A DNA stretch of 64,000 nucleotides, from contig CAJINV010000007.1 of NCBI GenBank assembly GCA_905178155.1, positions 4,048,265 to 4,112,264 of the forward strand, in the 5' to 3' direction. Source of the DNA: Amoebophrya sp. A120. Taxonomy: Eukaryota; Protista; Dinoflagellata. The position numbers were made by a program, and so were the translations under genes. Under the pieces are notes generated by a model that made no database searches, had not been told where the DNA came from, and saw only the letters and a program-made list of their open reading frames with translations. Numbering within the stretch: position 1 is the stretch's first letter; each line of letters starts with the position of its first letter. Below, in pieces: positions 25,007-37,143 of this stretch.

Positions 25007-27725
25007 ATGAAAGTCGAGGTGAAAGTAATCGCGAGCGAGGAGCTGTCTCCTTTTTCAGCACTCAAGAACGGACACCCATGGTCGCGGAAGTACGAGGTCC
25101 TGTCGTATGCAGGCACGATCAGTGTGGAAGTAAACGGGAATACCGGCACTGTGGACGACGTTCTGACGGAGATCGTCAACAATCCCAGCGCGAGGGGCCT
25201 CGGTATCACGCAGCGGGCACAAATTGTAGGCAGCGACAGCTCGGGAAGGGGGGTATATGGCCTGCGCAATACCGGCGAGCAGCATTCTTCTCGAGACGGG
25301 ACGGCCTACAATTGGAATGGTAAAACTAGCAAAATGACTTCGGTCTGTAAGACCTAACTGGTGTAGTTTTTATTTTCACAGCTTGCGTATCATGCGGTCG
25401 TGCTCATGACCCGGAGTCGGTCCTGCGTTTTTTCTTTTTGCCGTATTTCTATTCCCTGGCCGGTCGATACGAACTACGCGAGAAGTCGTTGATATTTTCA
25501 GACCGCCTTAAAACAGACCCCAAAAAAACGCACAGAGTGAACGAAAAGAGCGGAAAAGAATGATAGAGTTATGATATCACGACAATGAGTAATCCTAATC
25601 GAGGTCTCAAAAAGAGATCATGCGAACAAAGTGAAGAAATATATCCAAATCCTTGTCCAGGTGTCTATCTGGCGCCAAACTGGACGCTGCGACAGTGTGG
25701 CATCGGCAAGGGCGCAGTTCTACACCTGCGAACGACGAAGACCGTCACTTGCGCGCCACCACCATCCGGCTGCTACCGCATCTTCATCAAGACGCTCACT
25801 GGGAAAACGATCTCAATCGATGACGTCAGCGACAGCCACACCATAGACGCGGTAAAGGCGAAAATTCAGGATAAGGAGGGGATTCCACCCGATCAGCAGC
25901 GATTGATTTTTTCTGGTATCAGTTACAGTTTTTCATTCGCGTCAAAAAGAAATCAACCTCCGTGTAAGTAAGATCTGGACACGCATGTAGCAAGGCCGCT
26001 AGCAAAACTTGCAATAGCATGGGAAGAACTCGTGCTAAGCCGACAAGCGAACCTACTGAGGATTGTCCACACGACCTCTGTGTCTCTTTCTCTGCTCTCT
26101 CGTTTGCGATAAAAAACCTATATGCACTGCAGGTAAGCAGCTCGAGGACGGAAAGACCCTAAGTCATTACAATGTGCAGAAGAATGCAACCTTCCACCTG
26201 GTTTTGCGCCTCCGTGGACAGGGCGACATGGTCGACAATCACGTGCGCCGCACGAATCCGGCGGACGCGGCAGAGGACGTCGCGCTGGACCTGAAAAGCA
26301 TCCACATCGACTTCGATGCGACCACGAAAATGAGCGGCCCCCCGCGCTCTGTAGTCGGCAAAATTCTTGCCCAGCCACTTGACGACGAAGGTTATCCGCT
26401 ACTTGGTGAGTGCATGGACGTTACGGCCACCCTCGTCGCGGACGTCTTATGCAAATTTTGCAACGTATCGAAACCAAGCGCAGACAACTAGCTGCGTGCT
26501 TAGTGAAGACATGCTTAGGCAGAATGTTGCGGCTTTGATGTATGTCGCGACTCTTGATAAGATCCTGTGTGCATACTGACAATCGTCACCAGGTCCGCAT
26601 ACTTGGGGCGGGGACAGGATCAACGCCGAACATGCATAGTGCGTGCTTCAGCAGAAGCAGGATGAGCGCGCTGCATCAAAGCCGGCAAAGTCGAAGTAAG
26701 TACTTAGAAACGCAGCAGCTACAAATCATCCTCTAGGTTCACTTGCACACTTGTCGCGCGCCTGGCTTACTTTTTTCGTTGCTGCCCCATAAGTTTCATT
26801 CTCTGACAGCACGAAGCGCCTGACCATCACACTAAGCACGAAGCTCGAGCCCAACACGGAATACACCATCAAGCTCGACCCTAAGTGGATGAAGAACAGT
26901 CAGATTGGTTGTTTGATGGGCGGCGACTACGAATTTACCTTCTGCACGGTCCCAGGTTGTAGCGAAGCCGATTCCAGTTCGTCGGGTCCGCAGGAACAAG
27001 TGCCGGCTGTCGCGCAAGTAGGACCCGCGCAACCGGCTGCAGTGGCGCAGCAGCAGCAGCAGCAACAGCAGCAAACAAGTACTCAGCTACGTTGGATTTT
27101 GTTTTTGGGTCTGCAGTGTAACTCGTTGAACTGTAGCTCTAGCTACAGGGGCGTACGAGAGGCAGCTTCCTTTTTTTCGCGCTAAAATAAAAAGTGCCAG
27201 CATCAAAATAGTGACGCGCAGAGGCTACGTAGTAGATCCAGATATGTAGATCCACGGTGCATATAGTTGATGGTCTACCATCCCTATTCAACCTTGCGCA
27301 ATTCAAATTCTTTTCTGAAATCAGGTATCCGCGTGTATGCCCGCTATGGGTCCCGGAGAAAGATGCTCGAGGTAGAGAATCCGCGCGCGGCTGGAAGCTA
27401 TACGGCGCTCCTTGCAACGATTAAGGCGCGCTTCGAAATTCCGAGCGCTTCCGGCCCCCTGGTATAGTTGGTGAGTACTCATATTTATATCAGTGCTATG
27501 GGTGGCGCTTTTTTCTCGCTTCTAAAGATTGCCAGCAGTCTCTTTAACAATGCTTTATTTAAGCATGCCACTACGTACAGTACAATAATCCTTGCCCAGA
27601 TTCTTTCGTGCACTGCTGCGTCACCCGCCACGTCTGAACGCTGCGAATTAGAAGACGACGGCGATGTTGCTTCTCTGCGTGACGGTGATACGGTTTTTGT
27701 CGAGCTGGAGGATGGAGAGGCCTGA
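25007..27725 (+). CDS. Tandem ubiquitin-like domains + Big_5-like Ig fold + C-terminal beta-grasp-like domain; 6 exons
   Basis: Near-canonical ubiquitin ([10 protein letters not shown]...[18 protein letters not shown]|[29 protein letters not shown]). GT-AG introns 25320-25660, 25916-26132, 27079-27324, 27462-27599; non-canonical intron at 26448. Confidence 0.8.
26448..26791 (+). mobile_element. Degenerate introner-like intron (TAT...ATA)
   Basis: Partial TIR (tatg..gcaacg..aa-cca-gcgc..gacaa). Flanks CGTCT/AGTTT. Removing 349 nt gives [19 protein letters not shown] in frame. Confidence 0.75.
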
Positions 27726-28600
27726 TCACGGAACGACGAGCCGACGAGAAGAATCGCTGGCATCTCAAGGACAAAGAGCACAGACCACGGAGCGAGTTTC
27801 AAACTCAGCGATGATTCAATTTTTATTTTTCGATATGGGTCCTGCATTTATGTGTCATTATAAAGTTGAATGCCCCTTCTATTTTGTTTTTCTTTTTAGT
27901 ACTTCTCAAGTGCCTGCTTCTGCTACACAAAAGCCTTGGAATTTCAGTCATTTTCAAATGGATAAAGACATAGCATTAACACGCCGGCAAGCGATAATCA
28001 AAGCGCATACGATATACTTTTTTTTTTTGAGATTGAGTATTCACTCTCAACACATGTCATGCTCATGTGGTCACAGTCAGAACCACAACCACATCCAGAA
28101 TCAAACTGCTCTGCTTATCATCGCCTTACTTCCTGCGAAGCCATATCGTCCTCGAAGATTTTATTGTTTGGAAGGCTCTCTTACCTGTGGCTGTGTTTGA
28201 TCCCTTTGTTGCGCGACGGTTCGCCCCATAGACACGGCGTCTCGGAGCTTCGCAAATTTCTGCTTGAGCTTAGGCCAATCGTGAGAGACATGGTTGCGTG
28301 AACAACTAAAACAGGGCTTCAAGTGATTGCTTCGCTCTTTTTTAATGATTAAAGTTTCGAATTTTTTTTTGCTTCGTCCTGCGAATTTTTGCATACTCAT
28401 CTTCGTGGTCGCGCTCTTTTATCTTTCGTATTGGACCCCGACTCGTACTAGCCACTGCCTGTTACTAAATATTTTTCAGAAGCTTACGACCGCTGATGTT
28501 TCACTTGGTTAGCTACAGCCTCGTAATACCTTTGCCTGTTGCTGTGCTATTGTCCTCGATAGAGAAGTCATCTGCTGTTAATCTTAACGAAAGAAAAAAA

Positions 28601-31600
28601 ATGCGCGTGGTGGTTCGGACGCCGGCGGGCTTGGCGCCAACATTTTGGGTGCAGGAAACCGATCTTGTTGGTGTTACGTTGAGAAGCAAGCTGCGCGACG
28701 CCGAGCAACTACCAAAAGACTTGGTGCAAGATCTCTGTTTATGGCACCTGGGGGAGATGATCTTGGCCTCTGCCTCTGGTATTGAAGACGACAACCACGC
28801 AGCTGGCGAGGAAGCAGAAAAAAACCATCCATCAGCATCAGGTGACCATGGTGAAAAGCCAGCGCTTCTTGGTCCGCCTCCACCCTGGCGCTTTTCCCAC
28901 CTCAAGCAGCGGGTAAAACAGCTGCTGCCCAACACGCCCGCGTGCCGGCCGCTTCAACTGGTTGCTTCGCGGACATACATGTCGCCGATTGTCCACGGGT
29001 ACGAGCAGGTCTACGCGCAGGTCGACGAACAGCTACATCACGTCGAAACAGGAAATCGGGGTTTGCCCAGGTTGGAACCGTTTGAGGACAACTTCAACGC
29101 TGTGACGAAGATGATAGCCGCATCTGCCACCTGTAGTTTCTCATCTCACACAAAATTTGCGGAGAAGTCCAGTCGGGCGGAAAGGGGCGCACCGAAGATC
29201 CAAATCGACAGCTATCGCACACCGATTATCCGCGTTGACGTGCTTGAGGGCTTTTCTGATACCCGAAGAGACTCAGCAGTCTTGGCGGAGGCACGCACCC
29301 TGGACGAGGGATTGGAGATTCCGCTGCAATACTCGACTGTGCGAAAAGACATTGATTATGACGTTGCCGGCCGCGTTTTGTCAGCTATCGGACAGAAGGT
29401 GTACACAATTCCGACGAAGCCCGCGGCGAAAAGGTTTCAGACTGCTTCTGGCGACCATTTTTTTTCGAGCGACGTTGTGGTTGGCGCCTCTCCCGCGCAG
29501 CGCGATTTTCTACTTCCTGTCGACACGAAAAGCTTTATGGAGCAGGAAGATACTTCTGCCCTGGCACAGGCTAACTCAAACTCTCCATCTACCTTCAAGC
29601 AACAGACGAGGGCAAGTATGACTTCAAGCGCGCCTTCCTCAGAAAGCAGCAGTTTGCTCTCGCAGCTTTGTGTCCTCTACCTTTGGAACGCCGACCAGAT
29701 CTTGGCTGCGATTCGCTTTCCGCTCTCGGAAAACCAACTGGCGTATGCGCTACGGGCCGAGACGCAGCGCTGCGTCGTGCGAAACGGGGCAGACGGGATC
29801 GCCAGTAGAACCGCTTCGGCGATGAAGAATAGGAGCACTGGTGTGCTGAGCACAGAAGACTACCGCCGTCTCCACTATGCGGCGCCAGAGTGTGGCTCTT
29901 TTTTACTACCTGCTGGACTCTCGGATGAGGAAAAGGAGGCGATTTGGAAAGCTTTGGAAGAGTGCGAAGCAGAGGAATGCAGTTTAGCTGGCGGGGCAGC
30001 TGCGAACACGGGCGGTGCTGCGGAATCGTTTCGTGAGAAAAATGAGTGCTCGAGCTCGCCACTCCTGAAGAAAAGAATGAAGGAACCGCGAGAGAACTAC
30101 GAACATACCACTTCATCTTTGGAGCACGGGGCGATCCTGGCGCGAAACGCGAATGCCGACTCAGCATCATTGTCGTGTGCGGAGATGAATTTGATTTCGG
30201 GCTCCGCGGCAAGGAGTGGACACGCAGCGGTCTGTCAGAGTGAAAAGAAAGCGACCGCCTCGCTTTGCGCACTGGACAACGACCGTCCGCGGACAAACTG
30301 CCCGTACACGATCTCCCCAGACCTGATTCAACCGCTCGACCCGTCCAGACATCCAGTGTTTTCGTTTCGGAAAACATCTTCTTCTCGCGGCGGCGAGTCC
30401 GACGACACACGCGTAGATAACACGGCGGGGAACTACTTTGGGACGAATAATCAGGAGCAGCAAATTCTGGAGGCGTGGCTGCGGCACGGGTACTTCGTGT
30501 ATGAAATATCAAATCCAAGTTCCGGCACTTACGATTCCAAGACGACTACTAGCAGCGATAATTCAGCACCGGTCCATGCGAACATTCCGGATTATGATTC
30601 CGAGGGAAAAATCGTCGAAAGTGCCTTAAACGCGGCGAAAAATTTTTTCACCAGCCCGTTCTCCCGATCGCTCACTACCGAGGAAATGAAAGGAATGCAC
30701 AGCGGGGGGCGGTATCTGGGGTACAACGAAAATACTGAGCATCGAAAGGAGCTTTTTCAGGTCCGCGCGGCAATGCCACAGGATATTGTACCGGGTGGTA
30801 GCGACACAACTGCCAAGATTCATTCGGGTTTTGGTCTTGCAGCGGAGAAGTGTTACGCGCTGTTGCACAAAATCGCGAAAGCGGCGGCCGAAGTTGCGCT
30901 CGGAGGTCAAGAGAGTACGGAGGACGCTAGGAAAAATAATGCTGCCCAAGGAAGTACGGCAGCAAAAGCGAATTACGCGGAGGAGCGGATGTTTGTGTCA
31001 AAATCAAGAGCCGGTGGAGCAGGTGCAACCGCGGCAAACAACTCCTTCCGACAGAACCTGTCGTCTTCTAACTTGACGCTGTTCCACTACTACGCTGCGC
31101 CTGATGTAGCTTCGCGACCGTCGTCTGCGGACGGGGTCGGTGCAGCCGTGATGGACGAAGGCAGAACAAAAGGAGGTGCTAATGCCACATCTTCCTCATC
31201 GCAGGACCATCAAAATCCGCCGAACTGCCCGTATCACACAGACGTGGGCCTGGTTACGGTCATACCGCAGAGTCTCTGTAAGAAATGATACAAAGTGACG
31301 CCAATACGTCCCTCCATCGGTAGTAGCTGTAATCGTACTCCGCTTGTCATCGGTATCGTTCACATCGTTCACCACAGTAATAGGCCTAGAATCGGTATGC
31401 CACAAGAAGTAACATCTGTCGCACCGTCGTAGTATCGTAACTAGTAGTCGTAGCATCGTGCTAATGTCGTGATACCATCGTGAATACTATCTGTACGCAT
31501 ACTACCAGGCGTCTTGAGTCAAATAGTATCTAACAACAATCCCACTAGCGTCCTACTTCGTCCGTCTTGTACGGTTCTACTTTTGGAGGGTCAAGGTGTT

Positions 31601-32027
31601 CACACGTTTTCCTTACAGTCTCGATCATGTCCCGGGGATGCACGTTTGGGATTTCCACTTTGGGGAGTGGATTGACTTTGACTCGGCCCGACCGATTGAT
31701 GGGACAACTGGTAGCCGCTTCGTCATCGTTTTCGCAGGCGAGACACTTGAGTACCTCTGGAAAAAGAAAGCAGAGGAAAAGCTATCTTCCGGGCATTCTT
31801 CTTCGTCGAAGGCAACGCTCGGGGATGAGGGCGTTCATCCTGTCAGGCCACATGCGGTTCTGCAGGCCGGAATCCACGAGGTGTCGGTCCGAGGGTCTCG
31901 TCCCCGGTTTTCCGCACCGTTCCAACTGCTCGCGGAGCCGAGTGTGATGGTGGACTCACGAAAAACGGCTCGGCAGTTTGTGGAGGAACTTTCGAGTAAA
32001 AGGATCTCGAGCAACTTTCCGAGGTGA
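28601..32027 (+). CDS. 2-oxoglutarate/Fe(II)-dependent oxygenase (IPNS/DIOX-like) with long N-terminal extension; 2 exons
   Basis: HxD motif CPYHTDVGLVTVIPQ, distal His (AGIHEV), RxS motif RFSAPFQL, and AWLRHGYFVY DIOX_N-like segment. Exons joined across element 31277-31617. Confidence 0.8.
31277..31617 (+). mobile_element. Non-canonical intron with TGT...ACA termini and TSD GTCTC
   Basis: Ends tgtaag.../...cttaca; GTCTC at 31272-31276 and 31618-31622. Removing 346 nt gives PQSLDHVPGMHVWD. The apparent GTAAG...CAG splice would be out of frame. Confidence 0.75.
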
Positions 32028-33292
32028 CCACAACTGACTTGGATTTATTTTCGTTCGAAAGGGCTATTTGTGTTTGCTCTTATACTTATGTCCGAAGAGA
32101 CTATCGCACCCTTTTCCACCATCGAACCTGTTGCATTCCTGCGGATGTATCGGCATCATCCCAAGAGATGCTTGGGCGCGACAAAGTGCCACTGCATTGC
32201 TGCAAAATGGAACCAGTGCAGTTATGATCCGCTTGACAAGTAGCTGGAAATGCCAATGCGTACTGACGCCTCTTCGCAAGCCTGGTTTACAGCGCTTCGC
32301 TTTTCAGTTCTTCGTCTCACGATGATCGTTCGTCGACAAGAATAAAACGCTGTACGCCAGTACATCGAGAGAGAGGCCGTTTCTGCTATTTCGTTGTTTG
32401 AGAGTGAGTTGTTCGCATTTGCAAGAAAGTCGCCGAGCGACGTTATGGACGTATCTCCGTTCGTTATCGTTGTTCGATGGATCGCCTCGAGTCGGACGGA
32501 CAAACTGATGGGGGCGCCACAGAAGCAAACACCCAGATACCAAAGAATTGATGACTTGTCAGTACTTTTTATTTTCTAGCAGACCAAAAGCAAAAAGTAG
32601 AGAAGAAGAAGAGCGGAATAGCTAGTAGAATTCGAGCGTGTAGTCGCGTTCCGCATCATTCTCGCAAAAAAAAGAAAGCGGTGTCACGTATTATTGGGCG
32701 GCGCGTTCTTCTTCAAATTATGCGCTTCGCATCCATCAGTTGAGATTGACATTGAGAACAAAAAACGTCCCCTCCTTGACCAACCACGCCTCGCGAGGGA
32801 AGTACTTTGCAGGTAGACCGCTCTGAAGACGTCGGGAATCCAGCATCGGGGGGAAAGAAAGTTCGTAGCGAGCCGCGCATACTCTTACTCGGAGGGCCAT
32901 TTTTGATTTGTCCTTTGTGAAGGTACCTCGTGCTGGGCCGCACCGTGTAAGAAGGAAAAGAGCAAAAGTAGAATAAACTTGTGAGCAGATCGATGTGAAG
33001 AAGATGCGGATCATTTTCCTTCGGACCGACTCCTGCAAGAACAGAAGCGTGAAGTAGGAATAAATTCCACTTCTTCACAATATTGCACCGGTCGTGACAA
33101 ACTGTCCACGACTGTCTAGGAGAACAAGGAACGCATCATCTCTCCCACCTCATCCCTCGGAGATCATCTTCTTCTTCCGGTCGGATCTCTAGGTGGTACT
33201 TGGATGCAAGAGCCGAAATACATAGCTGCCGCGAACAAGTCTTGCACTGATCCACTAGCTTCCTCCGTCGCGAGTAGAGGCTCACCGCGAGA

Positions 33293-34925
33293 ATGAAAGC
33301 CGCCACGGAAAAACCGATGGAGACTGCGTTTTCTGCAGCGGGCCACATGACGATTTCCGATTCGTCAGAAGTGGTCGTCGATAAGGTGGCGCACTACTAT
33401 CTGCCGCTGGCAGCGCCTGTGCTGGTCTGCGCACTGGTGCTGTTGCTCGGATACACAAGAAGGTACAGTGTACCAAGAAATACATTTGTTCAAGCGGCCC
33501 CACTTGCTGGAACTTTTTTGTTGCGTGTGCACCATGACAGAAAAGTTTTTTGAAAAATTCAGAGACAGTCCGCAACTTAGATCATTTTCATTGACCTTTC
33601 AGGTACGGTCGCCCAAAGTGGTCCTACCTGACCAAATACGATCACGACTGTGCCGTGCTGGAAAGGAGAAAACGCGAACTAGACGAGGTCCACGAGCGGC
33701 GACGAGCGTTTGCGAACCAATTTCTGCAGGGCAAACTCGAGCACTTCGGATTCGAGGCGAATTTCTTGCAAGACAGCTGGGGCGCGTTTCACTACGTTAT
33801 GGCGTTCTCAAACGTTACATTCTCAACTGTTACATGATTTGTCATGCAAAATTGACCATAACCCGCCAGACGATCAAGCTGCTGCGCATGACAAATTCTC
33901 GGAGGTCTAAACAGCACTATAATCCGCACGAAACCCGTAATGCAAGACGCGCAAGGTTCTCCCTCTCACCTGTGCTAGTCTTGCATTGCAAATTCATGTA
34001 ACAGTTGAGAATGTAACAGTTGAGAACGCCATATACGTCATCGACCGCGTGTGGATGGACAAGTGGAGCCTCTGGGCGAGAGGACTCTCCGACCACGAAC
34101 CAGGGCCGATACACAATTTGCGGTATACAAACAGAAGAAGATTTTGGCATCGTGCCGTGCTGGAATGTTCTTGTTTTCCTTCGCGTCAACGACTGTAAAA
34201 ATTAACGATGAGCATGAAGATCTTCGACATTTGTGGTGGAACAAAAAATCTTAATCTTGTCAGACTCGTCCACGCTGATAGACCCTGGGAACTGTCGACT
34301 TTTACGGATGAAGCTGAATTCGCATGGGGCGACGCGCCATGGTGGTTTCTGTTGCGGACGCTGCATGGCTGCGACTGCGCGTTTGTCAGGAGGGAAAGGA
34401 ACGTGTTCTCGCAGATCGCGTATAAAAATTGGCAGTGGGTTTTATTTGTTTTCTGATATCAATTATCACATCCGCTGCAATCTATCTCTTCATCTTGATC
34501 TTTCACTTTGGCGTGGGCATGAATACTAGTCCTGCATCACATCATACCAATAGACTCAAACGTCGACAAAACATCAGCCACGAGGAGTACCCGTTGGTAC
34601 CACCACATCTAATGAAGGAGTTGCAAGCGACCTCAGCGAAAGCCCTCGACAAGTGCAGGGCGGCAGTGGCAGAAGCGCAGAAGAAGGTACTTACTGTCAG
34701 ACAGTGCATTCTCATTTTGTCATGCGGTTCTCGGTTTCGCTTTGGACGACACACAAGCTCCGCGCAAGTAGAACGTACCTACTGCATCACAATCACAACC
34801 GAAACTCCATTCGAAATCATCAGGTTGATTCGCACAAGACGGGGGACAGTCATATCTCGTTTGCGGATGACAAGGAGATGCACGCGATACGACCGCTTTC
34901 ACCGGAGAAGGGTGTGTATGTGTAG
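33293..34925 (+). CDS. Membrane-anchored protein with DUSP-like domain; 6 exons
   Basis: Hydrophobic LPLAAPVLVCALVLLLGY. Spliced HYVIDRVWMDKWSLWARGLSDHEPGPIHNLRL...WWFLLRTLHG resembles the DUSP pattern (Y.I...W...W...PGPI.N..L). GT-AG introns 33463-33602, 34123-34263, 34435-34553, 34687-34823. Confidence 0.6.
33798..34033 (+). mobile_element. Introner-like intron (~44-bp near-perfect TIR, TSD TACGT)
   Basis: tatggcgttctcaaacgttacattctcaactgttacatga pairs with tcatgtaacagttgagaatgtaacagttgagaacgccata. TACGT at 33793-33797/34034-34038. Removing 241 nt joins FHYV and IDRVW. Confidence 0.92.
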
Positions 34926-36021
34926 TAGAGAGGTGAGAACTACTCCTGCGCATCTTTAAGGAGGGAACGAGCGCAAGGAAAGAAGCAGAAATAAAGTAAA
35001 TTATTTGAGCTTGATTTTGATGTAGCGCTCGTCTGATGTATGTACCACACGACTGTACCGAAATTGATAATGCTTACTTCTTCTAGTTTTAGTTAGACGC
35101 CTGTACAATGAAATTAAGTCGGTCCAGAACCTTGTAGTTTATGTATAAAAAATAGCTACTTCCCGTAGTCGAATTCATTCGAAGAATTTGAGTTTCGCTA
35201 TCTCTATGTATGCTACTACAACTGTAAAAAGAAAAGACCACAATTTGACAATTGATTGAACAGAAAATATAGCAGCGAGTTTAGACAACGAAAGAAGTGC
35301 AATTCAAACAATTCTTTACCTTTATTTGAGTTTATGACGATTTCACCGAAAGTAGAACAAGAAGTTGAGATTTCTCAACACCTCGAAAACAATTTTTCAC
35401 TATTCAAACAATGGGGACATGTTGGCGTGTGAGGAAAATGGTGTGTGGAGGAGGCCGAGGCCCCAGTTGACAAATAAATAGCTTGAAAATGCTTTACTTT
35501 GTAAGCTCGACCCAAATGTTGACCTTCATCTCCGGTAAAAACGAAAGTTGAAAGCTAGAGCAAGGGACAGGTTCCGATAGACCAAACAAGCACAACTTTT
35601 CTGCACTCGACCGGCGTAGTGCCGGCAGGAGTTCTGTTCGCCGGAAGTCGTCTGCTTTAGTACAGCTTTTGTTGCACAACTCGAAAAGTTCTTTCGAGTG
35701 TGTCGCTGTTTTTTTTTTTCGTAATTATTGGCGTCGCTGGCTATCAGTTCACCTTTATGGCTACGACAAGTTCTTCTTCGGACCAACTTTGAAGAAGAAC
35801 CTACCTTCTCAGAACACAAAAGGGCAGCACTCTTTCTGTGCACCATCGATCATTGTTCATCGAAATCATATTGCAGAAATGAAAAAAACTAGGGAAGGAA
35901 GTTTTTGGGGCCGTACAAGTGGCCCGGCTATACTTCTTTCGTATCAGTTGGCGTGAGCGGTTTAATGTGCGCGCTCTAAATCCTTTTTCAAGACCAGTTC
36001 AAATTATTTGACGAAAAAATT

Positions 36022-37143
36022 ATGTTGTTGAGTTGCGTGAAAGACAGCAAGAAGGCACAGGAGGCGACTAAGAATACGGAACCACCGGTCGAGATGATGA
36101 GTAAGCTGTTGTCCAAGCCCCCCGCCAAAGTCCCGTTGGACGTGGCGTGGCGGGTGTTTTCCCAGGAAACGAACAAACTGGCGGATTTCACGTCTACTCA
36201 GCTGTTCGCGAACAAAAAAACCGTCCTCGTGAGCCTACCCGGCGCCTTCACGCCGACCTGAACCGAGAAGCACGTACCGGGGTACGCGAAGCTGAATTTG
36301 CCGAAATTGATGCCGTATCCTCTGCAAAAGTATCTTCGCGCTCGTAGTAATCGCAGCGATCATGGCGCACGATGGCAGATATATGTGATTTACATTTTAC
36401 CTCCTGTAAAATGAAAATTATTTGTATTGCAATTTCTTCGTACTAGTATGATGCTTTTGCAATGCATACGCCACACAAGGTCGACCAGGTCGTGTGTTTG
36501 TGCGTCAACGACGGCCACGTGATGCGGTGCTGGAAAGAATGGATGCAGATGAAGAGCGAGAAGGAATTTTTACAAGGGGAGGAGAACAACAAGAATATGA
36601 ATACCACGCCCTTTATGGAACCGTCAGGATCGAAATTCACAAAGTTGACAAAGAAATTTTGGCAGCACCTGAATGCAGTCGGTTCTGCTGTTTGGGCAAA
36701 GATGACATCTTGTTTTGTCATGCTATTTTAGCACCTCTATGTCTATCAATCTGGTGCAATCTCAAACAGGCTCCTTACAATCGCCCTCACTTACGTGCCC
36801 TCCAATACGCAGGTAGTCATATTAGTCTGTGCGTTGTATTTTCCGCATTACAGATTTGTTCAACTGTGTCTCTCTCTGTCTCTGTGTGCATTTCGATCCT
36901 GACACTTCCATACCCTCCCCAGACTTCGACAGCATTTTGTTCGTTCCGGACATGGCCTGCGAGTTTACGGTGAAGATGGGAATGAACGCGATGAAGAAGG
37001 ACCTCGGCGGCGAACGGAGCGACCGCTACAGCATGTATGTGGTGAATGACGAGGTGCGGAAGATGTTTATCGAGGAGCCGGGCAAGCTCGAGGTGTCGGA
37101 TGCGGAAACCATGAAGGAGTATCTGGACGGGTTGGAAGAGTAA
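36022..37143 (+). CDS. PRDX5: Prx5/type II peroxiredoxin with in-frame UGA at the peroxidatic Cys position (probable selenoprotein); 3 exons
   Basis: KKTVLVSLPGAFTPT-TGA(36259-36261)-TEKHVPGYAKL|YDAF...VVCLCVNDGHVMRCW...ILFVPDMACEFTVKMGM...RSDRYSMYV...EEPGKLEVSDAE. All Prx5 motifs downstream of the TGA are intact. Confidence 0.88.
36614..36912 (+). mobile_element. Introner-like intron (~30-bp TIR, TSD CCCTT/CCCTC)
   Basis: tatggaaccgtcaggatcgaaattcacaaag vs reverse complement tatggaagtgtcaggatcgaaatgcacacag. Removing 304 nt is in frame. Confidence 0.88.

Noticed and set aside
26593-26695. Apparent GT-AG exon with an in-frame TAG (read-through candidate)
   Set aside because: Lies inside the 26448-26791 element; excising that element gives a stop-free and better Ig-like sequence.
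36259-36261. Prx pseudogene or genome-wide UGA reassignment
   Set aside because: Downstream motifs are intact, and other genes here appear to end in TGA (e.g. 10668, 27725, 32027, 49068), so site-specific Sec is the better reading.
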